The translations under genes and the position numbers were made by a program. Below, one piece after another: positions 1 through 13,696 of a DNA stretch of 64,000 bases. This DNA comes from Octopus vulgaris (Eukaryota). The first letter of the stretch is position 1, and every line of letters starts with the position of its first letter. The stretch spans positions 32,922,001-32,986,000 of the forward strand of contig OX597823.1 of assembly GCA_951406725.2 (NCBI GenBank), read 5' to 3'. Below the pieces are notes generated by a model. It ran no database searches. It saw only the letters and a list, made by a program, of their open reading frames with translations, and was not told where the DNA came from.

Positions 1-476
1 GTGTGTGTTGTGTATGTCTTTAAAGAATTTACGTTTCTTAATCTGCGTGTATTAGCATAGTCGCGTGTTATGTATACTTTTTTTTATTTATACAATACTA
101 ATATAATATAAATATATTAATGATTATTTTAAAATCAATTATCCCTTGTATATTTTTCTATATACGTAATTATTCCATCCAAATACAGTTTCTTTTTTTT
201 TCTTTTTGATGTTGTTACACTGATAGATAAACATATATGATTCGTATCTGAGTTTCGAATATAATAAAGCCACGACAGGTTTGTGTTTACAGGTTCGTTA
301 TTTTCAAACAAGTGTTTCCTGCTGGAATGTAGATGACACGACATGGAGTACACGAAGCATGTGTTAGGGAGGTAGACGTGGTTATACAGAGAGAGGGGGG
401 GATAGAGCGTGATTGGAAGCTTGTGTTAGAGGGAGTTGACGGGGGAAGGAAGTAGAGTGAGAAAGTCTCATATGGA

Positions 477-868
<392 letters not shown>

Positions 869-1061
869 TCTTTTCCTTCTTTCAGTCATTAGATTGCGAC
901 CATGCTGAGGCACCACCTTCGACTCTAGTACTCTTTTTTTTTGTAAGCCTAGTACTTATTTTATCGGTCTCTTTTGCCGAAGCATTAAGTTACAGGGATG
1001 TAAACGTACCAACACCGTTTACCATTCAGTGTGGTGGTGACAAACACAGACATACACACAA

Positions 1062-1092
<31 letters not shown>

Positions 1093-1094
1093 CT

Positions 1095-1325
1095 TGGGCC
1101 GACCAAACCCTAGTGAGTGGATTACATAAGCGGAAACTGAAAGAAGCCCGGCATAGATAGATAGATAGATGTATTTGTGTGTCTGTGTTCATCTCCCCAC
1201 CATCACTTGACAACCGATATTGTTGTATTCACGTCCCCGTAACTTAGCAGTTTGGAAAAAGTGACCGATAGAATAAGTACTAGGCTTACAAAGAATAAGT
1301 CCTGGGGTCGATTTGTTCGCCTAAA
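1095..1325 (+). mobile_element. SINE family A, 3' part
   Basis: Matches the 3' two-thirds of the full copy at 55935-56334 (gggccgaccaaa...gaaactgaaagaagccc...gatagaataagtactaggcttacaaagaataagtcctggggtcg). Confidence 0.8.
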
Positions 1326-1456
1326 AGGATATATATATATATACGAAGGGCTTCTTTCAGTTTCCATCTTATAAATCCACACAAGATTTTGCTCAGCCTG
1401 AGTCTATAGTTGAAGACACTTGCAATTTTATCATGGCTACTGAATAATTGTCACAT

Positions 1457-1526
<70 letters not shown>

Positions 1527-1528
<2 letters not shown>

Positions 1529-1730
1529 AGTGGCTGTGTAGTAAGAAACTTGCCTCTCAACCACTTAGTTCAGGGTTCAATCCCACTGCATGGCACCTTA
1601 GCCAAGTGTCTTCTACTAAACCCATGAGCCAACCAAACATTTATGAGTAGATTTGGTAGACAGAAACTAAAAAGAAGGCCGCTATATATGTGTATATATG
1701 TACATATATATATCTACGTGTGTGTGTCTG
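1527..1730 (+). mobile_element. SINE family A, 5' part (tRNA-like head)
   Basis: ggagtggctgtgtagtaag (A-box-like), gggttcaatcccact (B-box-like), then the family body. Confidence 0.8.
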
Positions 1731-2980
1731 TGCCAATCACAATGTGGATGGAGCTTGCAGAAGAGGGAAAGCCAGGAAGATATTGGATTAAAGTGGAGAA
1801 GGCTGACCTCAACACCTAGAACCTCATGAAAGAGCTGTTGAAGGACTGAGACGACTAGTAATATATGTAGGTCTGAAGAAGATTTACCAATCTGTATATA
1901 GATTGATAAAGTGTGTGCGTGTGTGTGTATTTATATATATATATATATAAAACTTGGAAATGGATGCATGGTGTTTGATCATATAATAATATAAATAATA
2001 TATATATATATAGATAGATAGATAGATACCTATATGTACATACCTACATATGCATGTTTATATACATGCATATATGGATACAGGAAGTCAAAAAAATGGA
2101 ACCCTCCTCATCATAACCGAAGGAGCACCAATTCATTAATTAAATGTGAGGAGAATTACTGGCAGCTTTTTCCTTCCATCCCTTATCTTTCTTACTGCCC
2201 AGGACCTTTTCACTTATTAACCACCCTTCACACTTCATACTCTCCTCTCTACTCTCTTTCAACATTAATCACCCTCGACCTCAGATCATTATTTTTTCTG
2301 TCTTTCCCTCTCTCTTTCTCCCTCTCTCTCTCTCTCTTTCTTTCTCTCATCTTATTTCACTCTTCCTGTCTACTGTCCCCTTATTTCTATTCTCTTACTC
2401 TCCACCCCCACTTTTTCTCAGTCAATTCATGCTTTTTGGCATAAAACCGCTTCCCTCTATTGTAGCCCTTCTTGTTTGAAGGGGATCTTAGTCTTGCAAA
2501 CAGCATGGTAACCTCATAAGTGCTGGTGCTGCAAAAAAAAATGCACCTCATACAAACTGTAAAGTGGTTGGCATTAGAAAGGGTATCCATCTTTAGAAAC
2601 CATGCCAAAGTTGACATTGAAACAAGATCCAGTTCTTGAACCCATCACATCCTGTCATATCATTCATCCATGATGACAGCATGGAAAATGGACTTAAAAC
2701 ATCATCATGATGATGACATCATCATCATTTTAACATCCACTTTTCTATGCTTGCATGGATCTGACATAATTCACTGAGGCAGATTTTTTATAGCCAGATA
2801 ACCTTCCTGTCACAAACCCTTATCCATTTCTAAACATAAATATTTCCCCATGGCCAGACATATTTTCACAGAAGATTGGAACTGAATGACACAATTTGTG
2901 TCACAGTTACACACATAACTATCACGTAATGTCAAGACAATGAGACACACATATTTATATATGCACAGACATATTTATAT

Positions 2981-3340
2981 ATGTATGTATGTGTGTATGT
3001 ATGTCATTGTTCAGTTTTATATCAAGATTTCTTGCCAATAGAGACAAAACCAGTTTCTAACCTAGATCCAAGGTTCATTCATTGGAATTTCAACATCAAC
3101 AACAGGGTATTTTTGTTTGTATGTATGTATGTATGTATGTATGTATGTATGTATGTATGTATGTATGTATGTATGCATGTATGCATGCATGTATGTGTGT
3201 ATGTATGTCATTGTTCAGTTTTATTTCAAGATTTCTTGCCAATAGAGACAAAACCAGTTTCTAACCTAGATCCAAGGCTCCTTCATTGGAATTTCAACAT
3301 CAACAACGGTATTTTTGTATGTATGTATGTATGTATTTAT
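2981..3340 (+). repeat. Local tandem duplication (~200 bp unit) separated by (ATGT)n
   Basis: gtatgtcattgttcagtttt...ctagatccaagg...ttcaacatcaacaac occurs at ~2998-3105 and ~3203-3308. Confidence 0.9.
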
Positions 3341-3789
3341 GCATGCATGTATCTATGAATGTATGTATGTGTGTGTGTATGTATGTATATGTGCAGATTT
3401 GTATGTTTTGCCTTATGTATGTATTCTCATGCGTATAGTTACATACCTAGACATGCTTAAATATATATTTAAATGATAAACTTCTGGAAAGTTTCACAGA
3501 TTTTTACAGTTCCAATGATGGATTGGATCTGTTATGCTTGTATGTATTTTTGTATGCATGTATATGATAGGGTCTCTTGCTGCAGACAACATGTGAGTAT
3601 TCAATGAATAAGAAGAAAAAATTTCTAGCCAAGTTGAAAGGATAAAATGAGAACAACATTCAAACAAACACAACCAGTTAGACTGGAAATATGCATCTTA
3701 AGCCTATAAAACAAATACAAAACCAAACACAAGACCAGTAAAAAGATATATAAATGCAGAACTGATAATATATACATATTTTTTTATTC

Positions 3790-4005
3790 ATTTACTTGTT
3801 TCAGTCATTTGACTGTGACCATGCTGGAGTACTGCCTTTAGTTGAACAAATCAACCCCAGGACTTTGCCAAACCACTAAGTTACGGGGACGTAAACGCAC
3901 CAACATCGTTTGTCAAACAATGTTGGGGGGACAAATACAGATACACAAACATATACATACATATATGTGTGTGTGTGTGTATGTATATATGTATATGTAT
4001 GTATG

Positions 4006-4082
<77 letters not shown>

Positions 4083-4245
4083 GATGGGCTTCTTTCAGTT
4101 TCTGTCTACCACATCCACTCATAAGGCTTTGGTCGGTCTGAGGCTACAGTAGAAGACACTTGCCCAAGGTGCCATGCAGTGGGAATGAACCCAGAACCAT
4201 GTGGTTTGTAAGCAAGCTACTTACCACACAGCCACTCCTGCGCCT
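3790..4245 (-). mobile_element. SINE family A, near full length with internal deletion
   Basis: Reverse complement of the 55935-56334 copy, head at ~4243 (ggcgcaggagtggctgtgtggtaag), internal (AT)n expansion. Confidence 0.85.
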
Positions 4246-4262
4246 ATATACATATATATATA

Positions 4263-5931
4263 TTGGATCATCCCATAAATAATGCAGTTTTTTCAATTGC
4301 ATAAACCAAAAGTCGGAGGGGGACAGGATAAACTATCTGCATCAACTTGCTGTAAAAGCAGGTAGTAATTTTACCATGTATTTATTCTTAGTGCAAGTTT
4401 TGAAGAGTGCTGTTCAATTTTAAGTTATTTTTTTCAAAGCTATAATGGAAGTGACAAAGAAGTATATTTGGCATATTTCGCTTTATGAGTTCAAGAAAGG
4501 CAACAAAACAATGGAAAGTGTGAGGAATATTAATGCAGTACATGAGGATCGGACAATATGCATAAGCCAATGTCAACGATGATTCAAGAAATTCTGAGCC
4601 AGAAACTACAACATAGAATATGAGCCTTGTCCTGGAAGATCTGTAGAGTTCAACGAGGACATCATGCAAATGTTGGTGGAACAAAATCCCATCATAACTG
4701 TTGAGGAACTCGCAGAGAAGTTTGGATTTGGTCATTCAACAATTCATCAACACCTGCATGCCATTGGAAAAGTCAGTAAATTCAGTCAATGGGTTCCTCA
4801 CAAACTTTCCAACTTATTGTGCACAGAGAGTGGATGTGTGCTCTTCTTTGCTGTCCCATCTCATGAATGAACCATTTTGGGAGCAAATAGTGACTGGCGA
4901 CAAGAAATGGATCCTCTATAAAAATGTTAAGTGCCAAAGGCAGTAGGTAGGAAAAGGAGAAACACTGGTACCACAGGCTAAAGAAGGTCTTCACCCATGT
5001 AAGGTGTTATCTGTTTGGTGGGATATGAAAGGTTTAGTCCACTTTAAACCTTTAAACCCAAACCAAACAAAGGAGATCTACTGTGAGCAGTTTGAGAGGC
5101 ACAAGAAGGAAAGAGGCGCTAGAAGGAAAATGACCATCTTTGGTTTCAAAATGAAAGGCGTTCTTCCATCAGGTTAGTGCTCAGCCACATACAGCAAGGA
5201 TGACATTTGAAAGGCTGGAGCAGTTTGAATGGGAAACAATGCCCCAGCCACCATATTCGCCAAACACTGCACCATCTGATTACCATTTATTCCGCAGTCT
5301 TCAAAATCATTTGGATGAAAACAATATGAATTTGTAGATGAAGTCAGAAGAGTACTAGAGGAGTATTTTCCATCATGGACAAGTGAATTTTGGAAGATGG
5401 GCCTTGCAAATCTACCAGATAGATGGAAGAGCATTGTAGAAAATGAAGGAGAGTATATCTATATATATAAAGCTGAAGTTGTCTGTGTGTGACAGGTTTG
5501 GTAGCCTTCAACTAACATTATATTCTCCAAGACCCTGCGGTGCAAGTTGACCAAAATTGAGAGTATGATAGAAGAAGGCTTGCTCTTCATTCCATAGAAG
5601 ATAAAATTCAAATTGGACCATGTTAAGACCAAATATTATTTACATCAAAAAGATGCTTTTTTTCTATGAAAATCCCTATTTTTTATGACTTTTTGACTGC
5701 TGTATCGCCATTTTTCGGTGTATTTCAACCAGAAAAATGTTTACTTAAAGAGAATAACAAGCTACATAATGCAAAATTGTTACTTTTCAAAAATTCCAAT
5801 TCTAAGGGGTCAAAACAAACCCGAGCAACGCCAGGCGATACTGCTAGTTTTAGATTAAAAAAGAACTTTATCTTAATTTTGAAAAATAAAAGAAGTATAT
5901 AAAAAAAAGCACTATTTATGGGATGATCCAA
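4263..5931 (+). mobile_element. Mariner DNA transposon, decayed transposase (ATG ~4446), interrupted by a Helitron
   Basis: TIRs ttggatcatcccataaata / tatttatgggatgatccaa with TA on both sides; broken ORF has mariner motifs WVPHKL, IVTGDKKWILY, YSPNTAPSDYHLF; stops and frameshifts present. Confidence 0.93.
5458..5847 (+). mobile_element. Non-autonomous Helitron
   Basis: Starts TC (tctatatatataaag), ends CTAG, inserted between A and T with no TSD, degenerate GC-rich hairpin (cccgagcaacgccagg) near the 3' end; removing it restores the mariner C-terminus gga gag tat a|tt tta gat taa = GEYILD*. Confidence 0.88.
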
Positions 5932-6012
5932 TATATATATATGTATATATGTGTGTGTGTGTGTGTGTAATGTATGTATATATATATATGTATGTATGTA
6001 TGTATGTATACA

Positions 6013-7280
6013 CAGGGGTTGAACAAAATAATGAAAACACCTTAAAATTTCAAGCAAATTTATTTTAATATAGGGTAGGACCACCTTTGATAGTAATTAC
6101 AGCTTGAATTCTACAAGGTATGGACTCGTACAAAGTTTGAATTGTTTCCAAAGGAATTTTTGTTCATTCTTCAGCTAAAACAGACTCCAGTTCTTGTAGT
6201 GATTATGGTGGACATTATCGACTCATTACTTGTTTTTCTAAAATGCACCATAAATGTTCAATAATATTGAGATCTGGGGACTGTTGAGGCCAGATAAGAT
6301 ATTCAACTTCACTAGAATGTTCCTCGTGCCATTCAGTGACAACTTTAGCTGTGTGAATTGGTGCATTATCATCCTGAAAGATTGCATTTCCCTCCGGAAA
6401 CAGTTCCACAACCATAGGATGAATTTGATCAGATAAAATGCTTAGTCTTGACTATTAATTCTGCCATGAGGGGAAACCATTGGACCAGTGGATTCCCAAG
6501 ATATAGCCCCCCAGATCATCATAGATCCTCCTCCATGTTTAATAGTTAGAAGAAGGCAGTCTGAGTCAAATGCTTCTTTTGGCTGTCTCCACATGTATAC
6601 TTGGCCGGTGGTCAGAAATAAGGTAAAGGCTGACTCATCCAAGAAAATAACATTCTTCCACTGCTTTAGGGCCCAATTCTGTAGGTTTTTGTTCCACTCT
6701 AAATGCTTTGCAATGTTTGTTTTTGAATGTAGTGGTTTTCTGATTGTAACTCTCCGATGAAATCCGGCTCTGTGCAGCTCCCTGCAAACAATTTTTTGTG
6801 GAAACTGGGTTCTCAAGGTAGTCATTAAGCTCTGCAGTAATTTTGGGAGCTCTACTTTTATGATCCTTTCTAACAATTCGTGTATGAGTCTGACAGTCCC
6901 TATCTGAAAGTTTTGGTTTTCTTCCAGAGTTTTGTTTCAACAAGGAGGTTTTTCCCTCTTTCTCAAAGGCTGTCATTACTTTCAAGACAGTACTTCTTGA
7001 TACATAAAGCATTTCGGCTGTTTTCATTATGCTAGCACCTGCCATATGAGCATCAACAATGTGACCTCTTTGAAAGTCTGATAGATCTGTCATTTTAATG
7101 AATTTTAAGTACCTTTTTCTGATGATATCTGAAAAGAAACAGCAATTTTAGCAAAACATATTAAGCAACACTAATAATAAATCAAAAAACGAACATAAAC
7201 AAGCTTTTGATGGTTTTATAGATATTTCAAAATTATGATGTGATGATGCTTGGTGTTTCCATTATTTTGTCCAATCCCTG
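6013..7280 (-). mobile_element. Tc1-family DNA transposon, frameshifted transposase (7093 to ~6215)
   Basis: TIRs caggggttgaacaaaataatgaaaacacc / ggtgtttccattattttgtccaatccctg; ORF pieces give the HTH start MTDLSDFQRGHIV and DDE motifs IFLDES, FQDDNAPIH, SPDLNIIEHLW. Confidence 0.93.
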
Positions 7281-7329
7281 TATATATATTAGAGTAATAA
7301 AGTTAATGTCTGGTCATAAAGTGACCAAT

Positions 7330-8078
7330 TTATACCATTTATAGTGACACACAACCCATGTCACCAGAATATCTTCAACATTACCAAAGCAAACCTACTA
7401 ATCATTGCTCAAAGTAATGAATTAAAAGATATAATCAGAGATCGAGCTATGGTTCTTAGTAAAAGACAGCCTAAAAATTTTTTTTAATTATTAACAAAGG
7501 CAAAGTTTGACCTTAGCAACAAAGGCCAATCATTCACTGTATCTAAATGCAATGATAACCAATGTGGCACATGCCAATTCATGCATACCGGCCAATATAT
7601 GAACACAAAAACTAGAAAAATATTCATAAACACAAATATGAATTGCAAAAGTAGAAAATTAATTTCCTGCTTCAAATGCCCAAATTGTGAAGAACTATAT
7701 GTGGGTCAGACTGAAAATGCACTATCAGAATGTTCTCGTGTGCACTGGCAGCAAATTAAAGACCCAGATGTCCTTCAGATACCTTTGAGTAACTATCTAG
7801 CATCATGTGGTCGGAAAATCATCATTGTCGTTGTCATTTAATGTCTGCTTTCCATGCTGGCATGGGTTGGACGGCTTGACTGAAGACTGGTGAGCCAGAA
7901 GGCTGCACCAGCCTTCTGGTTTGATCTGGCAAAGTTTCTACAGTTGGATACCCTTCCTAACGCCAACCACTCCGAGAGTGTAGTGGGTGCTTCTTACGTG
8001 CCATTCCACAAACTACCCAGAAAAATCAGAGAAAAGAACTTTATTAATAAATTTCAACTCAAGCTAAATAAACAATAA
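7330..8078 (+). mobile_element. Penelope-like retroelement fragment (GIY-YIG endonuclease region)
   Basis: CNDNQCGTC...NCKSRKLISCFKCPNCEELYVGQTE...REKNFINKF matches the Cys-rich linker plus GIY-YIG pattern of Penelope elements; interrupted at ~7818-8000 by an RTE-tail repeat. Confidence 0.75.
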
Positions 8079-8795
8079 TACTAATACTTAGAGGTACTAT
8101 TTCTACTACTACGATTACCATCAACAACATCAACAACAATACTGAAGGTTCTCATGATGATGATAGGAAAATAGTGGCTAAGTCAAGAAAAAAGTCAGTA
8201 AAAATAATCTTATTTAGGGTGTAAAGTTCTATGTCCACAGCTATTCCTACCACCACCACCAATGACAACAATAATAAAGGTGATGATAATGGTGATGATG
8301 ATAATTGAAATGTAAAAATCCAAGGAAAATGTTTACAACATTTCTAAATATAGCCAAACAATTACTGCATTGGCCAGGGTCAAAATACATATCTCTTGAT
8401 ATATTCAACAAATCGTGACGCCTAATTCCAAAACCAATCAACTTAAGTAAAATTTAGTAAAGCCACACACTGATTGGTCAGAATACAGTTTGCAAAAATT
8501 AACATTCTGGAGCCTATATAAATGTATTTAAGGCACACAGTTTAGCCATCTCACTATAGTTGTAAATTGTAAAACATAACAGTCATCACTACTACATGAA
8601 TCTGAAGATTGCATAGTTTAATGCATGAAAGTACTAGCTCAATCAGAATGGACATTTAATATTCTATCATTTCATTATATTATATTATATTATATTATAT
8701 TATATTATATTATTTTAAGATTGTAAATAAAACATGAAAATCAAAGTTGGAATTTCTTTGAGTAATACATTCTTCTATACACAATCATACACACC

Positions 8796-8826
<31 letters not shown>

Positions 8827-8828
<2 letters not shown>

Positions 8829-10200
8829 CATCATCATCATCATCATTTAATGTCCATTTTCTATGCTGGCATGGGCTGGACAGTTTGACTGAGGTCTGGA
8901 AAGCCAGTGGCTGCACCAGGCTCAGATCTGATCTAGCAATGCTTCTACAACTGGATACCCTTCCTAACGCCAACCACTCCAAGAGTGTAGTGGGTGCTTT
9001 TTACGTGCCACCAGCACAGGAGCCAGTCAGGTGGCCCTGGCATCAATCACATTCAGATAGTGCTTTTTACATGCCATGGGCATGGGAGACAGTCAGGGGC
9101 AATGGCATTGACCACGTTCAGATGGTGCTTTTTACATGTCACCGGCACAGGAGCCAATCAGGTGGACCTGGCATCAACCAGCACGAGAGCCAGTCAGTGG
9201 TGCTAGCATCAACCATGTTTGGTTAGTACATTTTATGTGCCACCAGCACAGGAGCCCATCAAAGGACACTGACCACAGCTATGATTTTGGTTTCACTTGA
9301 CTCAACAGGTCTTCTCAAGCATATCATATCGCCCGACACATCAGAGGTGCTCTTAAATAGGCCAGACATGCAACACTGGCATCGGCCATAGCTACAATCC
9401 CACTTTAGTTGCCTGGTCTTCTCAATCATTGCATATCTCCAAAATCGTGCTTCACCACCTCATCTTGTATCTTCTTGTATCTACCTCTTCCATGGGTTCC
9501 TTCCACAGTTAGGGTGTGGCACTTCTTCACACAGCTGTCCTCATCTATATGTAACACATGACCATACCAGCATAGTCATCTCTCTTGCACATCACATTTG
9601 ATGCTTCTTATGTCCAACTTTTCTCTCAGGGTGCTCACGCTCTGTCATATATGCACTGACATTACACATCCAGCGGATCACACTAGCTTCATTTCTTTCA
9701 AGCCTACGCACGTCCTCAGCAGTCATGGTCCATGTTTCACTGCTGTGTAGCATGACAGTTAGCACACATGCATCATACATTCTACCTTTCATCCTGAGTG
9801 AGAAGCCCTTAGTTACCAGCAGAGGTAGGAGCTCTCTGAACTTTGCCCAGGCTATTCTTATTCTAGCCACTACACTCTCAGATCATCTACCCCAACTACA
9901 GAATTGGTCACCTAGGAAGTGGAAGCTATCAACTACTTCTAGTTCCTCCCCATGTCATGTGATGGAATCTGTTTTCTGTACATCTTCAGTGTTTATTGCC
10001 CATGTGCATCGGCCACACACAAAAACTATCTTCCTGGTTAACCTTCCTTTGATATTGCTGCACCTTTTATGTGTCCATAGCTTACACTGGGTACATTGTA
10101 TGGAGTTTCTACCCATGCCTTTTCTACAGATTGAGCAGGGCCATCTACCTGAAGGGATTTGTGATTTGTCAGCCTTCCTACTTACTAAGACTTTGGGTTT
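8827..10200 (-). mobile_element. RTE-clade LINE 3' part with (GAT)n tail
   Basis: Minus ORFs ARIRIAWAKFRELLPLLVTKGFSLRMKGRMYDACV and a PHD-like CSIC...CTQCKLWTHKRC...CGRC; 3' UTR with gtgccagtggcacgtaaaaagcacc-type internal repeats ending in (GAT)n at ~8827. Confidence 0.85.
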
Positions 10201-10294
10201 TACTTCCATGTTTCCTGAAATTTGTCAACAATACCCCTGAAGGCCTTTTTTTGTAGTTGTAGTGCATCTGAGCACTGTATACAACAATTTCTTT

Positions 10295-10341
<47 letters not shown>

Positions 10342-10379
10342 AAGCAACGATCTGCATTGGACAAACCACATCTCTAAGA

Positions 10380-10972
10380 CTGTCAAGAAGGCTGTCCTAG
10401 CATAACTCAGTAAGTCCTTTGTCAGCCGCTCTCCACCTATCTATTTAAAATTGTATATGACAATGGTACGTCCACACTTGGAAATTGCATCACCAGTCTG
10501 GAACCCCAATCTTGCTCAGCATATAAATCTCCTGGAAACTGTTCAGAAACATGCAACAAAAAGAATACCCACCATTAGACATCTTACCATACTCTGAAAG
10601 TCTTGCTTCCCTGGGCATGGATACATTGAAGCTCAGACGTCTGGCAACTGACTTGGTTAATACCCACAAGATTATCCATCATCTTTCCAACAACAACCTT
10701 GGGAACCTTTTTGAATTCCATATGACAAACACTTGCGGACATGTTTACAAAGTCAAAAAACAACACAGCACCCATGACTTTCAGAAACACTTTTTCACTC
10801 TCAGAATTGCTGAAGCATGGAATAAATTACCTGCATCAGTTGTTAACTGTCAAGACACTGTCTTCTTCAAAACTTCTATGTTTCCTTAAAATCTGCCAAC
10901 AATATCCCTGAAGGCCTTTTATTTTTTGTAGTTGTACTGCACCTGAGCACTGTATACAACAATTTCCTTCAT
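10380..10972 (+). mobile_element. CR1-type LINE 3' fragment
   Basis: VRPHLEIASPVWNP, YSESLASLGMDTLKLRRLATDL, FFTLRIAEAWNKLPASVV are typical CR1 ORF2 C-terminal motifs; its ~95 bp tail is also present at ~10203-10297 and a related tail at ~18287-18480. Confidence 0.82.
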
Positions 10973-11859
10973 CATATATATATATCCATGCTAGCATGGA
11001 AAGCAGACGTTAAACAGTGATGATGATTATGATGATATATATATACATACATACATACATACACACACACATACATACATATATGTGTGCGTGTGTGTAT
11101 TGACTTTCTGTACAACATTTTATGGTTGTTAGTCAGTGTAATATCACACCCTCCACTTCTGTTCCCACTCAGTGGTACCCTACACAGTGTTCAATATGTG
11201 GTGCCAGACTTCCTCTTTTTTCTACCTAGTTCTCTATCCTTCTCCTCTCACCTCTTGTGCTCAAAACCTTTCCCATCTATTTCTATCTGCTGCCTTTATT
11301 TTTTTACTGCTTTCCATTTCTTCCTCTGTCCATCTCTGTCAACTACCTACTGTCTATCTTTATTCCCATTTTTCTCTGCACTCCCTCTTTCTTCGTACTT
11401 GCTCTTCCCCAACCTTCTCTACTCTGTCTCTCTTTTTTTGCTTTTTGGTACCAAAAGATCACCCAACTTTTTATCACTTATCTTTTTTCTACTTGACCAG
11501 TGCATAGGTAAGACATGCATTTTGTTTCATCTCCTGTCTGGCACTCACTTCAAACCCCCAGTTTACCTTTTCACTTTTCATTCCTTCTGTCTTTCTTCCC
11601 TTCTTTCCCATCTTTCTATCCTTTTCCTGCGCTTTCTCATTGTACCTTTAGAACACAAGCATCACTATTTTTTTCCTTTTTTTGTTAGTTTTCGTCATGT
11701 AGTGTCCCACATTTTGAAATGCAATTTGTATTTTTACTGTTTATTTTAGCTCTGCTTGATACATTTCCAAAATTAAATATATTAAGATGCAAAATATACT
11801 TCACATTATTACATATTCTATACTTTAATGCAAGAACTATTGTGCTTATTGACTATCTT

Positions 11860-12293
11860 CATAATGATCACACCATCAATGGAAAGTTCAATGCCAAACA
11901 CCCAGAAAAACTGATGAATGTGGTTTTGTTTCGTTAGGACAATGCTTCAGCACACAAGTCTTTGCTTTCAATGGCTGCTGTGCATGACTGACTTTGAACT
12001 GGATGATCACCCTTCATATGTTAGTGATTTGGTTCCATCTGGTTATCATTTGTTTTGCAACATAGAAAAACACTCAGCTGAACACCAGTATCACTGTGAT
12101 GAGGACGCTTTATCTGTTGTTGATGATCATTTTGACCAACAGAATAGCTTCTTCACCAATGCGATTCAAGCACTACAACTACTTATGGAGGCGTATGGAC
12201 AGTAAGAGGAACTACTTTAAGAAATAATCTTTATTTGGTCACATTCCATGAGAGTGTCTTGCTCAGCCTATGAACATTTCAGCCGGCCCTCAT
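11860..12293 (+). mobile_element. Mariner 3' fragment, highly decayed
   Basis: FELDDHPSYVSDLVPSGYHLF resembles the HPPYSPDLAPSDYHLF motif. Confidence 0.7.
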
Positions 12294-12390
12294 AATAATA
12301 AACATTATTATTATACCTGCATTTGTTTTAATGTTTACATATCTGTACATACAGTATCGGTAGTCTGCACTGTGAAATGACCTGAATTCG

Positions 12391-12490
12391 GTTAGGATTA
12401 GGGTTAGAATTTAGAGTAAGGGTTAAAGTTTAGAATTATAGTTAGGGTTTAAAGTGCTGGTTAAGGTTTAGGGTTTGAGCTAGGGTTAGA
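12391..12490 (+). repeat. Degenerate (TTAGGG)n-like tract
   Basis: gttaggattagggttagaatttagagtaagggttaaag...tagggttag; imperfect and short. Confidence 0.6.
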
Positions 12491-12950
12491 CGGCACACTA
12501 GGTAGACCAGATGCTAAAGTGACACCAAAAAGTTTTATCTCCTTCGTGTCCACTACCTACATACTTCAATATATGTACATATCCACACATCTCTCCTTCT
12601 ATCACGCTCCCTCCACTTTATCTTTACCCTCTCTTCGTTCCACATTTACATAGATTAAAAAAAAATAGTGGTCGGCATTTACACTCGAGTGCTGACGTGC
12701 AGGACAATTATAGACCAATCCAAGGGAGACAACTCTAACGGGCTAGCTTTTTTGCTTCTTTCTTTTTATGCCTTTCCATCAGAGCTTTTTTATTTGTCTT
12801 TTTACGTCACCTCTGAGATTTGTTGACAGAATGGTGTTTTGAGACATCCGGTAAAAACAATCCCAAGCTATACTCTTCCATTCAACCTGAGGTTTTTTAA
12901 TGCAAAAACATTTGGGAATATGAAATTGATGTTATGATACTAAATTTATA

Positions 12951-13362
12951 GGATCTTTTCGGTTTGAACAGCAGTTTTTTTTTAATAATTTCCACGTAAC
13001 TAAACACTTTTAAACTTCGTATACTGGTAGAATGTGTTTATAAAATATCTTTTTCTCTTGGCTTTATTGAGAAAATTCTATAGTTTGTAAGATATTCGTT
13101 GTTTTTTTCTTCAATTTCTGCAATTTCAACCAATCAATGATGTCTATTGAGGTGAAAACATTCTGTGCCGTATGAAAATGTCCCTCGTTTAAGAAACAGA
13201 TTGGGTTTATTTACATTTCTGAAGAAAAAAAATATACCCTTCCCCCTAACCCTAACCCTAAAATAGATTGAAATGCAATAGATCGATACTAGGGTCATAA
13301 TTATGGGTGACAATTTCATATGACACCACTAGAAAAAACTGCCGTTCAAACCGAAAAGATCC
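12951..13362. mobile_element. MITE with GG termini and 8-bp TSD (Merlin-like)
   Basis: TIRs ggatcttttcggtttgaac / gttcaaaccgaaaagatcc; perfect TSD aatttata at 12943-12950 and 13363-13370; internal ccctaa repeats. Confidence 0.85.
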
Positions 13363-13696
13363 AATTTATAAAACTATACAAATAAGTATACATAATAAGA
13401 AAAAATAATATATATAAATAATGTGTGTGTGTGTGAAGTCACAACAGAGAGGTAAGTGTCGTGAGATTACATCAAGACTACAGTGAGTTATTTTGAGGAG
13501 ACTGAGGCAACTGCAGGAGATGAGAAAAGCTAAAGAAGGAAAGAGTCATCATCATGACCTCAATCTGACCAAAAGCCTACATATTTGCCCCAAGTGTGCC
13601 ACAGCCTGTTGCTCAAAGATCCAATATACATGGCCACCTAAGGATTTGTCATTTTCCTTCATCGTCTTTAGATCAACCACCATCATAATATATATG

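Noticed and set aside
11087-11749. 220-aa hydrophobic ORF
   Set aside because: Pyrimidine-rich low-complexity sequence, non-ATG start, no recognisable domain.
12391-12490. Interstitial telomere or chromosome fusion site
   Set aside because: Short and degenerate; similar runs occur inside MITEs in this window.
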